Below, one piece after another: positions 13,001-25,145 of a stretch of DNA of 64,000 nt; position 1 is the stretch's first letter, and every line of letters starts with the position of its first letter. Under the pieces are notes generated by a model. The model searched no databases. It saw only the letters and a list, made by a program, of their open reading frames with translations, and had not been told where the DNA came from. The translations under genes and the position numbers were made by a program. This DNA comes from Negaprion brevirostris (lineage: Eukaryota), in contig JARDVH010000106.1 in NCBI GenBank assembly GCA_030324005.1, positions 51,614,912-51,678,911 of the forward strand, in the 5' to 3' direction.

Positions 13001-13723
13001 GTACTGAACTGCAGTATTCTGTTTGTGTAAGAGCAATTTTTTTTGTAAAACTAGTGCAGAAGACCAAAAAAAACTAATTTGTACTGAATACAACTTCAGC
13101 TTCAAATTTGGTGATCTTTTGTGCAGATTACACTGATTTTCGAAAGTAGAGCAGCAAAGTAGAACTCTTTCTGCTTAACAAAGAAAATTGCGAACAAAGA
13201 CACAGGTATCTGTAGTTATAAATGTACTTTTCTGAGAGTCTTACATAGGATTGCATCAATTTTACAGCACTGAAACAGGCTATTCAGTCGAACTGGTCTA
13301 GCCTGATATTCATGCTCTCCACAAACCTCTTACCACCATATTTCATGTCAGGCAATCAGCATATCTGTCTATTCTCCTCTTCCTCAAGTGCCTATACAGT
13401 TTTGACCACTACAGGTTGTCGTAGAGCTCCACATTTCATGACTTTGAGAATCTAATTTATTTGGAAGATCACTTTGAGAGGAGTAATAATTCACCAATCT
13501 TTTCATGACATTAGTGGAAGGCAGACTCTGCAATTTTCCAAGGGGCACCTGAAAATATAAGTTACGCAAAAGAAAACAATTCCACTCACACAGAAAACCT
13601 TAAGTATTCCCCTATATCAACCATGCAGGCAAGTATAGAATGTGACACTACTCAACATACAGCTCAGATTGATTGAAATCAGATGACTTCAGAGACTCCT
13701 GCAACATTAAAATACAAAAATAT

Positions 13724-15042
13724 TGGGTGGATTCTCTGGCCATTCACCCCAGAGAGATTCTCTGGTCCTGACTTGACTTATTATTGTCACATGTATTAAC
13801 ATACCGTGAAAAGTACTGTTTCTTGCGCACTATACAGTCAAAGCATACCATTCATAGAGAAGGAAACAACAGGGTGCAGAATGTAGTGTTGCAGTCACAG
13901 ATAGGGTGTGGAGAAAGATCAACTTAATGCAAGATAGGTCCATTCAAAAGCCTGATGTCAGCAGGGAAGAAGCTGTTCTTAAGTCACTTGGCACATGACC
14001 TCAGACTTTTATATCTTTTGCCCAACGGAAGAAGATGGAAGAGAGAATGTCCGGAGTGTGTGGAGTCCTCAACTATGATAGCTGCTTTGCCGAGGCAGCG
14101 GGAAGTGTAAGCCGAGTCAATGGATGGGAGGCTGCTTTGCGTAATGGATTGGGCTACGTTCATAACCTTTTGTAGTTTATTGCAGTCTTGTGCAGAGCAG
14201 GAGTCATATCAAGCTGTGATACAACCAGAAAGAATGCTTTCTATGGTGCATCTGTAAAAGCTGGTGAGAATCGTAGCTGACGTGCCAAATTTCCTTAGTC
14301 TTCTGAGAAAGTAGAGGCATTGGTGGGCTTTCTTAACTAGAATGTCAGCATGGGGGGACTAAGACAGGTTGTTGGTGATCGGGACACCTAAAAACCTGAC
14401 GCTCTCAACCATTTCTACATCGTTCCCATTGATGTAGATCGGGGCATGTTCTCCACTACGATTCCTGANNNNNNNNNNNNNNNNNNNNNNNNNNNNNNNN
14501 NNNNNNNNNNNNNAAGGGCTGGCTGGCCTACTCCTGCTCCTATTTCTTATGTTCTTATGTTCTTATGTTCATTGTTTGAGATCCGACCCGCTATGATGGT
14601 GTCATCAGCTAACTTGAAAATTGAGTTGGAGACAAATTTGGCCACATGGTCATGGGTGTGTAAGTATAGAAAGGGACTGAAAACACAGCTTTGTGGGGCA
14701 CTGGTGTTCAGGATGATCATGGAGGAGCTGTTGTTGCCTATCCTTACTGATCATGGTCTGTGGGTTAGGAAGTTCAGATCCAGTTGCAGAGAGAGGAGCC
14801 GAGGGCCAGGCGATGGAGTTTGGAGGTGAGTTTCATAGGAACAATGGTGTTAAAGGCTGAGCTGTAGGTGTCTTTGTTACCTTGGTGTTTCAGGGTTGAG
14901 TGCAGGGCCAAGGAGATGGTGTCTGCTGTGGACTTGTTGCGGCAGTAGGCAAACTGCAGTGGTCTTGCTACAATGAAAGCAGATTTGGCCAAATTCTCAA
15001 TTGTCGCAGTGATGGGCACAAATGGCCAGAGAATTTTGGCCA
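13724..15042. mobile_element. MITE split by the Rex1 insertion
   Basis: Inverted ends ttctctggccatt (about 13732) / aatggccagagaa (about 15021) enclose the LINE. Confidence 0.6.
13770..14965 (-). mobile_element. Rex1/Babar-clade LINE, 5'-truncated and decayed
   Basis: ORF 14774..15043 [21 protein letters not shown]...SSAFNTIVP...SLCNWI and KLADDT are typical of Rex1 RT; a CR1 tail is nested at 14515-14570. Confidence 0.9.
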
Positions 15043-15422
15043 TTTATTTTTGAATATGAAAATGAATGTGAGGTTTGTATGCCCTTCAAGAGATAGACAA
15101 CTTTACTGTGGCAATGCCTGATAAAGACCCATGTGCACATCACATATTTAGGTTCACAAAAAATAAATCATCCACATTTTGCTTATGGCTCTTGGTCCAT
15201 AGAAAAAAGGATGTAACATGCGGACAGAAACAGACAATGTTCAATATATCTAAACATTTACAAATATAATTCTCTCTTTTACTGATGGCAATATTGAACA
15301 ATATTAAGAACCCATTTCTTCACTTCCTGACAAGCTGGATCGATATCTGACCACACAGGCATTAAAACCACTTACTGAATTCTGGATACTTTCTCATGGA
15401 GAGCAGAATGATAGAAGAATAA

Positions 15423-16243
15423 TGGATGAGATTCTCCCAAGGCAAGTCTCAATCCCATTGGTTTTTCGAGCAGAAATTGCAAAATGATCTCCCACTGTAG
15501 AGTGCACTAGCGTGAAGCTCATTAAAAAGCTGTGGGTGGGGTTTATTCCTGCTGGAGAGGCCAGCAGCATAGCGCTGAGTGGGCCACTGCACATGCACCA
15601 TCTGTCAGCACCGAGATTGGTGCATGCTCAGTAGTCCACACTGTCAGCCTCCTAACTGCTGGCTAGCCCGCAACCCATCATTGCTGGCTGGGCAATCCCA
15701 CCCCACCACCGCTACCTAATTGCTGGCTTCTCACAGATGTCTGGGCCAGCCCCAACCTGACCCCCACGCTCGCAGGCCACCTCGATCTCCTCGCCCCAGC
15801 AGTCCCAATTTCCCCCCACGTCAACAGGCCGATCCACCCCGATGTCCACCCACTGTCACCAAGCTCAAGGCAGAGTAGTGGAGGGGCCCCCCACCAATCT
15901 CTCCTCCACAGAATCCACCCCCCATTAGGCCCCTCTGGCCCCACCCCCTTGGCAGTGCCTACCGGACAGTACCAACTGCCCCCACACATTGCCACTTTAG
16001 CTCTTGGGCAGTGCCAGGGGGCCAGGTAGTTCCGGGCCCGCTAATTACATTTAAATCCAAATTAACTTTAGTGATACAGCTCCATGCTGTTTTCTGGTGT
16101 GGAGCTGACGACATAGGCAACCCAGTGGCCAGAGATGCACAGAGGCTGTGGCGCCCCGCAGGAAGCCCACTGCAGAACTTCCACTTGAGTCTCCTGGCCT
16201 GTTGCATTGCTCGAGCAGCACAGTGGGCTGGGAGGATTGCCCA
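15423..16243. mobile_element. GC-rich non-autonomous DNA element (MITE-like, about 0.8 kb)
   Basis: Imperfect inverted ends; internal sequence homologous to 50676-51461. Confidence 0.75.
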
Positions 16244-16589
16244 TCACTTCTTTTGCAAGTTACAGCTTTGGCATTTCTTTGGGTAAGAACACTGGATGGA
16301 GCTGAGGGATTTTTCACAGTTATGCTGTTGAAATACTTAGTTACGAGTAAGAACCTTACCAACACTCATTTCTAATAATGTTGCAGAAAAGCGAAAAGGC
16401 TTTCAAAATTCTCATTACAATTTATCATAAGCATCAATTCAATATCATCTATATGTTTATTGGAAGTTAGGGCAGGGCAAAAATGAATCCATGAAAAACA
16501 ATTAACAACGCATTTCCATTCTGACCAATATCCTTTAGTCCCATCACTTGCTTTCTGACTTTTAACCATAAGGTTGCACTGTCCTTAAT

Positions 16590-17270
16590 GTCATAGAGTC
16601 GTCGAGGTTTACAACATGGAAATAGGCCCTTTGGCCCAACTTGTCCACGCCACCTTGTTTGTTTAAACCCCCAAGATAATCCCAATTGCCCGCATGTGGC
16701 CCATATCCCTCTATACCCATCATACCCATGTAAATATCTAAATGCTTTTTAAAAGATAAAATTGTAGCCGCCTCTAATACTATCGCTGACAGTTTGTTCC
16801 AGACACTCACCACCCTCTGTGTGAAAAAATTGCCCCTCTGGACACTTTTGTATCTCTCCCCTTGAACCTATGCTCTCTAGTTTTAGACTCCCCTATCTTT
16901 GGGAAAAGATATTGATTATCTATCTTGTCTATGCCCATCATTATTTTACAAACCTCTATAAGGTCACCTCTCAGCCTCCTATGCTCCAGAGGAAAAAGTC
17001 CCAGTCTATTCAGCCTTTCCTTATTCCTCAAACCATCAAGTCCTGGTAGCAGCCTAGTAAATCTTTTTTGCACTCTTTCTAGTTTAATAATATCCATTCT
17101 ATAATATGGTGACCAGAATTGCACACAGTATTCAAAGCATGGCCTTACCAAAGTCTTGTACAACTTCAACAAAATGTCCCAACTCCTGTATTCAATGGTC
17201 TGACTGATGAAACCAAGCAGGCTGAATGCCTTCTTCATCGCTCTGTCCACCTGTGCTTCCACTTTCAAGG
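16590..17270 (-). mobile_element. CR1 LINE 3' end, runs into an N-gap
   Basis: LYKTLVRPCFEYCVQFWSPY...LERVQKRFTR...RLRGDLIE. Confidence 0.95.
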
Positions 17271-18242
17271 NNNNNNNNNNNNNNNNNNNNNNNNNNNNNN
17301 NNNNNNNNNNNNNNNNNNNNNNNNNNNNNNNNNNNNNNNNNNNNNNNNNNNNNNNNNNNNNNNNNNNNNNNNNNNNNNNNNNNNNNNNNNNNNNNNNNNN
17401 NNNNNNNNNNNNNNNNNNNNNNNNNNNNNNNNNNNNNNNNNNNNNNNNNNNNNNNNNNNNNNNNNNNNNNNNNNNNNNNNNNNNNNNNNNNNNNNNNNNN
17501 NNNNNNNNNNNNNNNNNNNNNNNNNNNNNNNNNNNNNNNNNNNNNNNNNNNNNNNNNNNNNNNNNNNNNNNNNNNNNNNNNNNNNNNNNNNNNNNNNNNN
17601 NNNNNNNNNNNNNNNNNNNNNNNNNNNNNNNNNNNNNNNNNNNNNNNNNNNNNNNNNNNNNNNNNNNNNNNNNNNNNNNNNNNNNNNNNNNNNNNNNNNN
17701 NNNNNNNNNNNNNNNNNNNNNNNNNNNNNNNNNNNNNNNNNNNNNNNNNNNNNNNNNNNNNNNNNNNNNNNNNNNNNNNNNNNNNNNNNNNNNNNNNNNN
17801 NNNNNNNNNNNNNNNNNNNNNNNNNNNNNNNNNNNNNNNNNNNNNNNNNNNNNNNNNNNNNNNNNNNNNNNNNNNNNNNNNNNNNNNNNNNNNNNNNNNN
17901 NNNNNNNNNNNNNNNNNNNNNNNNNNNNNNNNNNNNNNNNNNNNNNNNNNNNNNNNNNNNNNNNNNNNNNNNNNNNNNNNNNNNNNNNNNNNNNNNNNNN
18001 NNNNNNNNNNNNNNNNNNNNNNNNNNNNNNNNNNNNNNNNNNNNNNNNNNNNNNNNNNNNNNNNNNNNNNNNNNNNNNNNNNNNNNNNNNNNNNNNNNNN
18101 NNNNNNNNNNNNNNNNNNNNNNNNNNNNNNNNNNNNNNNNNNNNNNNNNNNNNNNNNNNNNNNNNNNNNNNNNNNNNNNNNNNNNNNNNNNNNNNNNNNN
18201 NNNNNNNNNNNNNNNNNNNNNNNNNNNNNNNNNNNNNNNNNN

Positions 18243-19030
18243 GAGCCACGACAGATCAGCCATGATCTTATTGAATGGCGGGGCAGGCTCGAAGGGCTAC
18301 ATGGCCTACTCCTGCTCCTGTTCCTATTTCTTATGTTCTTATGTTCTTATCATATGGCATTGTTTTTCACATCAGCAACAAATGAAGCTACAAATGAATA
18401 TTGATAAGATGAAAATTCAATGTCAGTAAGTGGAAGATAATACATTTTGGTTAAAAGCAAACAGCAGTCATTATAGTCTGAATACAAGCAGGCTTGGGGT
18501 TGTGGAAGAGCTAAGGGAATTCTGTTCACAGAATATTAGAAGCAGCAGGTTAGTGTAAGCAAAATCCTAATGTAAATCAAATTTTAACGTCAAGAAGTAT
18601 AGAATGTAAAAGTCAGAGATAATGATGATGAGTTGACATCAACCTTAATACAAGCTCAGTTAGAATACTGTGCATTGTATTGGCTTCCACACTATAAGAA
18701 GAGGATTTTCAGATGGTAAAACAAACATATTAGGCTTTTGCCATGAATGAAGAGTTACAAACAAGAATGAAGATTTTTTAAATTCAAAAGAGGATGTAAC
18801 ATGTGGACAGAAACAAATGATCAGTATTTCAGGGGTCAAAAGTGAGGAGCCAAATATATAAAAGCAAGAGATTTAGAATGAAGAACAGGACTGGTTTTTT
18901 TCATTGAGAACACTCTGAATTTACTTCCAGAATCAAGATATAAATCATGTCAGCATGCAAGGTTAGATTTGATCAGGTGAATGAAGCAAAGGGATATGGA
19001 AATAGGGTAGATACATGTGGTTGGGACTGT
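18243..19030 (+). mobile_element. CR1 tail (18243-18350) followed by an older decayed CR1 fragment
   Basis: gatcagccatgatc...ggcctactcctgctcct with (ttatgttc)n tail; eroded EYC/W motifs downstream. Confidence 0.7.
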
Positions 19031-19189
19031 TTGTTCTTACAAATATCTAATTTATGATTCATATATTTCAGAAATTTAACTTTTAGTTTTGGGAAAATGA
19101 ATTTTTAAATGAAAGATAAATGGGGAAAACAATCTGGGTTGAGAAACTGGAAACACCTCTCAGCTAATTACAAGTCACGACAGAATTTG

Positions 19190-19785
19190 TCTTATGGAGT
19201 TTAATATAGATAAGTGTGAAGTTATCTACTTTGATTGAAGGGATGAATAGGCAAGTTATTTAAATAGAGGGAAACTTTAAAATGTTTTGGTGCAGAGGGA
19301 TCTGGGTGTCTTTGTGCATGAATTGCAGAAAGTTAGTATCCAGGTGCAGCAGGTAATGAGGAAGGCAAATGGAATTTTCGCATTTCTTGCTATAGGAATA
19401 GAGTCATAAAAGTAGGGGAGTGTTGTTGCAATCATTTTAGACACTAGTGACATCACATCTGGAGTACTGCACAGGGTTTTCGTTCCCTTTCTTGAGGAAT
19501 GACGCAAATGTATTTGAAGTAGTTCAGAGTGGCTCACCAGACTGATTTCAGGCATGAAGGTTTTGTCTTGTGAAGAAAGAGAGACTGAGCAGTTTAAATC
19601 TATTCATTGGAGTTTGGAAGAATGCGAGGAGATCCAATTGAGGTGGAAAAGATGCTAAAGGGGATTGATAAGACAGATGTAGAGGACATGTTTCCTTATG
19701 TGGGAAATTCCAAGCCATAGTTTTAGGCTAAGTGACAGATTTAAAACAGAAATGAAGAAAAAATACTTCACACAAAGGACCACAA
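19190..19785 (+). mobile_element. CR1 LINE fragment
   Basis: atggagtttaatatagataagtgtgaagtt, cagagggatctgggtgt and catctggagtactg motifs. Confidence 0.85.
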
Positions 19786-19789
19786 AAGG

Positions 19790-20432
19790 TGCCGGTGGAA
19801 GATCTCCGAGAAAACTTATACCTTGGAGAATATAAACACTGCAGCTACAAGAGCAAGTCAGAGGCTGGGAATTCCACGAGGAATAATTTACCTCCTGAAA
19901 CCACAATGCTTGTCCACCATCCACAAGTCAGGAGTGTGGTAGAATACTCTCCACTTGCATGGATGAGTGCAGCTCCAACAATACACAAGTAGCTCGACAC
20001 CTTCCAGATGAAAGCAGCCTACTTTACTAGCACCCCATTCACCAGAATAAACATTTACTCCATCCACCACCAATGGATTGTGGCAGAAGTGTGTATCATC
20101 TACAAGATGCACTATAAAAATTCACCAAGACACCTTCTAAATTCACGATCTCTACCACCCAGAAGGGAGCAGTACCATACACAGTGCCCAACCTCCAAGT
20201 ACCCCTACAATTTACAAACCAGCCTGACTTGGAATTATATCACTATTCTTTCACAATCGCATTAGTGAGTCAAAATCCTGGAACTTCCTTCTGAGGAGCA
20301 CCTTGGCTATTCCAACAACACATGGATTGTAGCAATTCAAGGAGGGAGCACATCATCATCTTCTCTAGGGCAGTTGGATATGGGTAATTAATGGTTGTCT
20401 CGTCAGTGATGCGCACACCCCATGAAAATTTT
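19790..20432 (+). mobile_element. Second CR1-like LINE family, 3' end
   Basis: QVRSVVEYSPLAW and IYKMH motifs; tail shared with the SINE at 32595 and the element at 63850. Confidence 0.8.
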
Positions 20433-22654
20433 TTTCTGAAACGGCAGGAAATTTGAAGAAAACATTCAAAATCCTGTAAAGTATAGGAGAACTTGACTGG
20501 ACATAAAAGTAAAATGTGAACTGTTCAGTTCAAAGATTTGGATTTAAACCACAAGGTTTTACATTCTGTTGAGATTTTTGGCCATAAAGTACAAGTCTTA
20601 ACAAAATATGGTGTTAAGTTAGTGGTTATTTTACTTCTTACACAACAGAATTTTTTTTTTTGTTTGAGACATTAAATGTTGTGTTGTAACTCCTCCAGAC
20701 AACAATTGGTTGTTTGAATTTATTTTTTAAAGTATGGTGTCTACTGAGATTATAATGTTGTTCATGTGGAAGGTATATCATAATATGCACTGGTTGGGGC
20801 AAATGACCTGTTTCTGAGTTGTAATTTCTATTTATTGCCGGACATATATTTCAGATAATTATAATTAGAGCTTTTTGCTACGCCTTCCCTAACCTACCCT
20901 CAGGATCCCCAACTGTAAACAGTTAAGTCCTGGTGGCTTTTCCACCTTATGTTTGAATAAACTCATTTTGTGCCTTGCCTATTTTAATAATGACTTTCAT
21001 TATCTTCCCTGCTTTCATTTTCAGTGATTCTACATCTGTTCTCTGAAAAATCAGACAAAGTTTTCATTTACTATCTCTCCCACTTCTTTAAGTTCCATGC
21101 CAAGCTTATCTCATTTGTCTCCTTCTTGTCCTTTCCACTGTTTTCCGAAAGCCATTTTTTGATTAGAGGTGTCCTGAAATTGCTAATTGGCAGTCTTAAT
21201 TTCCACTGGCAACCTAAAAAGTATTCCATGTCTGTTCAGTGGCAACCAACTGTCATTTCAGAAAATGCAAACCTGGAGCTGATCAATTGCAAGTGTACTG
21301 ATTAAATCTACCTCGCCTTCGGTGCACAAGAAAAGTAAGGATTGCCACAATTTGAAGCCTAGTTAGAAAATAAATAATTACCTATCCTTTCCACTTAATT
21401 TGTCAGACCAGCAGAGAATTATTTTTAATCCACTGAAAAAGAACATATGATGGCTCCACAGCATTTTAATGGATTTGCTGTTTACAAAGCTGTGAAAGTT
21501 GTCATAGCCCCCATTTTAACACTCACATGCCCAATGAGCGCAGAACATGCAAGGGGATTAAAACACAGGCAGAATACTTACCCCCTCATTTGTGCTGCAC
21601 TCCCACGCACTATGTGTAACTCCAGGGGCCTGAACTTCCATGGGGTGGCATTCAGCGTTGTATTGCCACTCCACCCCAGTTTATTTTACCTGAAATCTTG
21701 TCTTGACCAGCCTTATGATTCAGGCTGGGCAGGACTGGGTTAGTGCTGTGCACACCTCAGGCCACATTCCCTGTTTACGACACTCACTGGCACAGTGGTA
21801 CGTCGGGCAGTGTGTGAGAGAGAACAATGCCTCACTGCAGTGCAGGGAGGGGAGGTGGGTTGGGAGAAATAGTCCCAGTCCCCATGTGGGTTGGGGGAGT
21901 TCCATGGGGGTACTGGGGGGAGCCCTCTGTTGGTCTGTTATCCAAAAAGTGGAAGAGGTTTAAAATTTTCTAACTTTTTTGGTAACTATTAGCATAACCC
22001 AGTCAGAACTATCCAAAGTTTGCAAGTTAAATCACATTTTCTGGGTGGTTTCCAGTGCAGGGCAATTGCCCAGGATACGTTTGCACTTCTAAGTAATTGA
22101 TGTGCAACCTTATCCAGTGCATCTTTGAGGTTTTCTCCAAAACAACACTGATGAGCTTGGAAGTTATGTCCTTCAGGTTTTGGGAGGCACTTACTGCAAG
22201 CAACCAAGGTCCTTGTAAATATAAACATAAAGCTCATGACAAATAAAGTTAATTGCATAAATTGAGGTAAGTACATGCTAGTGGAGACCTTGATTGATTG
22301 GTCACTTTAAAGCATATAAAGAGACACTTAATAATATAGTAGTAGAGTTGAGTGAGGGATATGAACCTGTAATGGTGATTCTATAAATAAATTTGTTAAA
22401 TACAAGCGATGGTTACTTCTTTCATCAACTACTTATCAGGACTAAAACAATTTAGACTCATAAGCCATTTAGTTGTCTCAGAACTGACAAGTGACGGGGC
22501 TATCAAAAAAATCTCATGCCAGCAGGAATGGGATCAGAAAAATTAAATGTAATCCTCCAATTATGCAACAATATTCATGACGTCAGAAGTTCTCAAGACA
22601 CATATTTTCAATTGAGCACCTGGAACCATAGCTATTGTTGCCACATAGAAAATG

Positions 22655-22960
22655 CAGCAACTAATTTGTACACTTCAAAAACAGCAATGTGATAAATGTC
22701 CAGGTAGCAAGTTTTTTAATGATATTGGTACAGTGATAAGTATTGGCCTGGACACTATGGAGATCTGACAATCTTTTTGTAATGAATCTCTCACCAGCAC
22801 CTGAGTGGATAAGCAGGGCTTTGGTTTAACTTCAATCCCATTCGAAAAATGGCACCTCTAACAGTGCAGCTGTCTCAGTAATATTCTGGAGTGTTAATTA
22901 GATTATTTGCTCAAGGCACAGGAAAGGGGTTTGAACCTGTGATCTTCTAACTCAAGTCTT
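22655..22960 (-). mobile_element. Deu-domain SINE (SacSINE1-like)
   Basis: ggtttaac...cgaaaaatggcacctctaacagtgcagc is the reverse complement of the Deu domain; tRNA head at the high-coordinate end. Confidence 0.7.
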
Positions 22961-23034
22961 TTCAGAGAACTACTTAAATTTTCAACAAGTCTTTCACCAA
23001 AATCTTGCTGCTGTTTATGCTGGTAGGATTTTAT

Positions 23035-23250
23035 GGCAAGAAGTCTCACAACACCAGGTTAAAGTCCAACCAATTTATTTGATAGTAAACTCACAAGCTT
23101 TTNNNNNNNNNNNNNNNNNNNNNNNNNNNNNNNNNNNNNNNNNNNNNNNNNNNNNNNNNNNNNNNNNNNNNNNNNNNNNNNNNNNNNNNNNNNNNNNNNN
23201 NNAGGTTAAAGTCCAACCAATTTATTTGATAGTAAACTCACAAGCTTTTG
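23035..23250 (-). mobile_element. Penelope-like family A terminal fragment, duplicated across an N-gap
   Basis: aagaagtctcacaacaccaggttaaagtccaac also occurs at 43925-43960. Confidence 0.8.
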
Positions 23251-24071
23251 GGGATTTTATGGTCCCAGCAACAGTGCACCCAAGCTAGTGGTTTTCAGCA
23301 GCGAGAGATGGGTTCAACAGGAAAGACCGTTGACAATGGCAGGACTGTAAGATCCCGCTGCTAGCACCACCTCCCACCACTGCCAAATACACCATGGAGG
23401 GGAAGGAAAATCCCACCCAATGATTTTCTTGTGGGGCAGTAAGGAAAAGGAGACCTTGGACCCCCATGCCCTGCTAGTGATGTATCCTTTACCCTGCCTT
23501 GCCACTTAGTGCCAAGGATTCTTCCAGTGGCCTCACAACTCCAGGATTCCTGGTCCTGTCTGCCATACAAGAATTCCTGCCAGGTTTGCATGGAAGAGTC
23601 CCTGTCAAATCAAAGACTTCAAATCTCTTCTGGCCTCCTATGGCATATATGACAGTCATATCCAATGAAATAATACAATTGCTGCATCAATCTTCATTTT
23701 CCCTATATTAACACAGTATATTTTAGCACCTTCAATCATTAAGAAACTCAAAGATAAGAAAAGTCACAGAATCCAAAGTTTATTCCCCAAATAGTTCAAT
23801 CCATCATTTTTTGCCTTGCTTTTTGTTTCACAATTACTCCAGTATATTCAATTTAAAATATATAGTTTGGGCCCAAACTATATATTTTTTAATTTCTTTC
23901 ATGGGATGTGAGCATTGCTGGTTGGGTCAGTATTTACTGATCATCTTTAATTACGCTCGAGAAGGTTGTGGTGAGGTGCCTTTTGAACTGCTGCAGTCCA
24001 TGTGCTAATGTCACAGCACAATGTCAGTCAAAACTCATTAATTGCTCCAAAACTACTTAATAATAATAAGT

Positions 24072-24365
24072 GACAATGTTGGCAATACTCAACAGGTCAG
24101 ACAGCATCTGAGGAGAGAGGGTCTGTGACATTTCACCAGAAAGTATTAAAGGTCACCTATCTAACTCTAGGATTTTCCGGCCTTGCCAGCCACCAGCATC
24201 ATCTAGTCTCCTGAAATGGACTTTTGACTGGACAACCATGTCTACCACTGTAGGTACTGCCACAACAGGTTTCTCTCCCCATATGTGCAGTCTGACCTGC
24301 TGAGAATTTCCAGCATTTTCTGTTTTCATTTCAGTTTTCTAGCATCTGCAGTATGTTGCTTTTGT
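24072..24365. mobile_element. Penelope-like family B termini in inverted arrangement
   Basis: 24072-24118 is the approximate reverse complement of 24271-24315. Confidence 0.65.
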
Positions 24366-24974
24366 GTTAGTTTATTTGATACCTTGAAAAAGTAATTGAA
24401 AAACTTTCAGAACTGAGGTTTCTAAACAGGGGAGTCAGCTAAGGTGCATAACTATAATATCAAATGGATGCTCCGACAGCGCTTATTCCGATCTAATAAG
24501 GTACCATAATGAGAATGGTGCCTCTCAAAATGAGCACTGATGTCTTTGGTTCAGAGACAGTTGATGCTAAAACACCTGAGCACTGTATTTCAATACATCT
24601 GAAAGTTATTGCTAATGATAAAATAAACCTTCTTGTATTAACATTTGAGGAAACACTCTGCTAAATGCCCAACAGCTCCTCAAACTTCTTAACTTCAGCT
24701 GTGAACCAAAGGCCTTCTTTAACACTGGGCCACAACGTCCTGGTTCCCCAGCACCTGACTTGGGGAGTACTAGTGCCATAAAGAAAAAGGAAGTGTCGTC
24801 CTTCTTTTCCTTTTGCACTTTGCCACTGGAGCTGTGGATATGCTTCGCTTCTTCAGTCTCACCAGATTTGAGTCAGGGAGATCAGGTGAGACACATGCTT
24901 GACATTTCAAATGTAGGTACGTCACTCTGGAGTGGCAATTTTATTTCCTCTCAAGATATTAAAGTTATTCTTAC

Positions 24975-25145
24975 CTTACTCCAGGCAACCTCAGTGTCCA
25001 AATTAGTAGGCATGCCTTCAACTGCTGACCTCCTTGTCAGCTCTGAATCTGTTGCCGCCAGCCATTCTGTCAGGGCATTCACTTCCTTCCTGAGCTTGCG
25101 AGAAAATTTCAGAGACTTCTCTAGCTCTTGCTTTCCTTCAGTCAC
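24975..25145 (-). CDS. DMD: Dystrophin exon equivalent to DMD exon 34 (171 bp): VTEGKQELEKSLKFSRKLRKEVNALTEWLAATDSELTRRSAVEGMPTNLDTEVAWSK
   Basis: ORF 24951..25145; acceptor tag|GTG, donor AAG|gtaaga. LTEWLAATD and RSAVEGMP are dystrophin-type rather than utrophin-type residues. Confidence 0.97.

Noticed and set aside
16807-18429. Long ORFs of 330-480 aa, and similar ones at 5819-6461, 42390-42750, 47521-48061 and 51984-52497
   Set aside because: They read through N-gaps; the real parts are CR1 relics or non-coding.
23050-23250. Direct repeats on both sides of N-gaps (also 8187-8350, 38390-38575, 44120-44257)
   Set aside because: Typical unmerged contig overlaps; not CRISPR arrays or reliable tandem repeats.
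24612-24818. Minus-strand ORF just after exon 34 as a candidate exon 35
   Set aside because: No resemblance to the expected exon 35 peptide (LNSNWIAVTSRAEEWL type) and no convincing splice sites.
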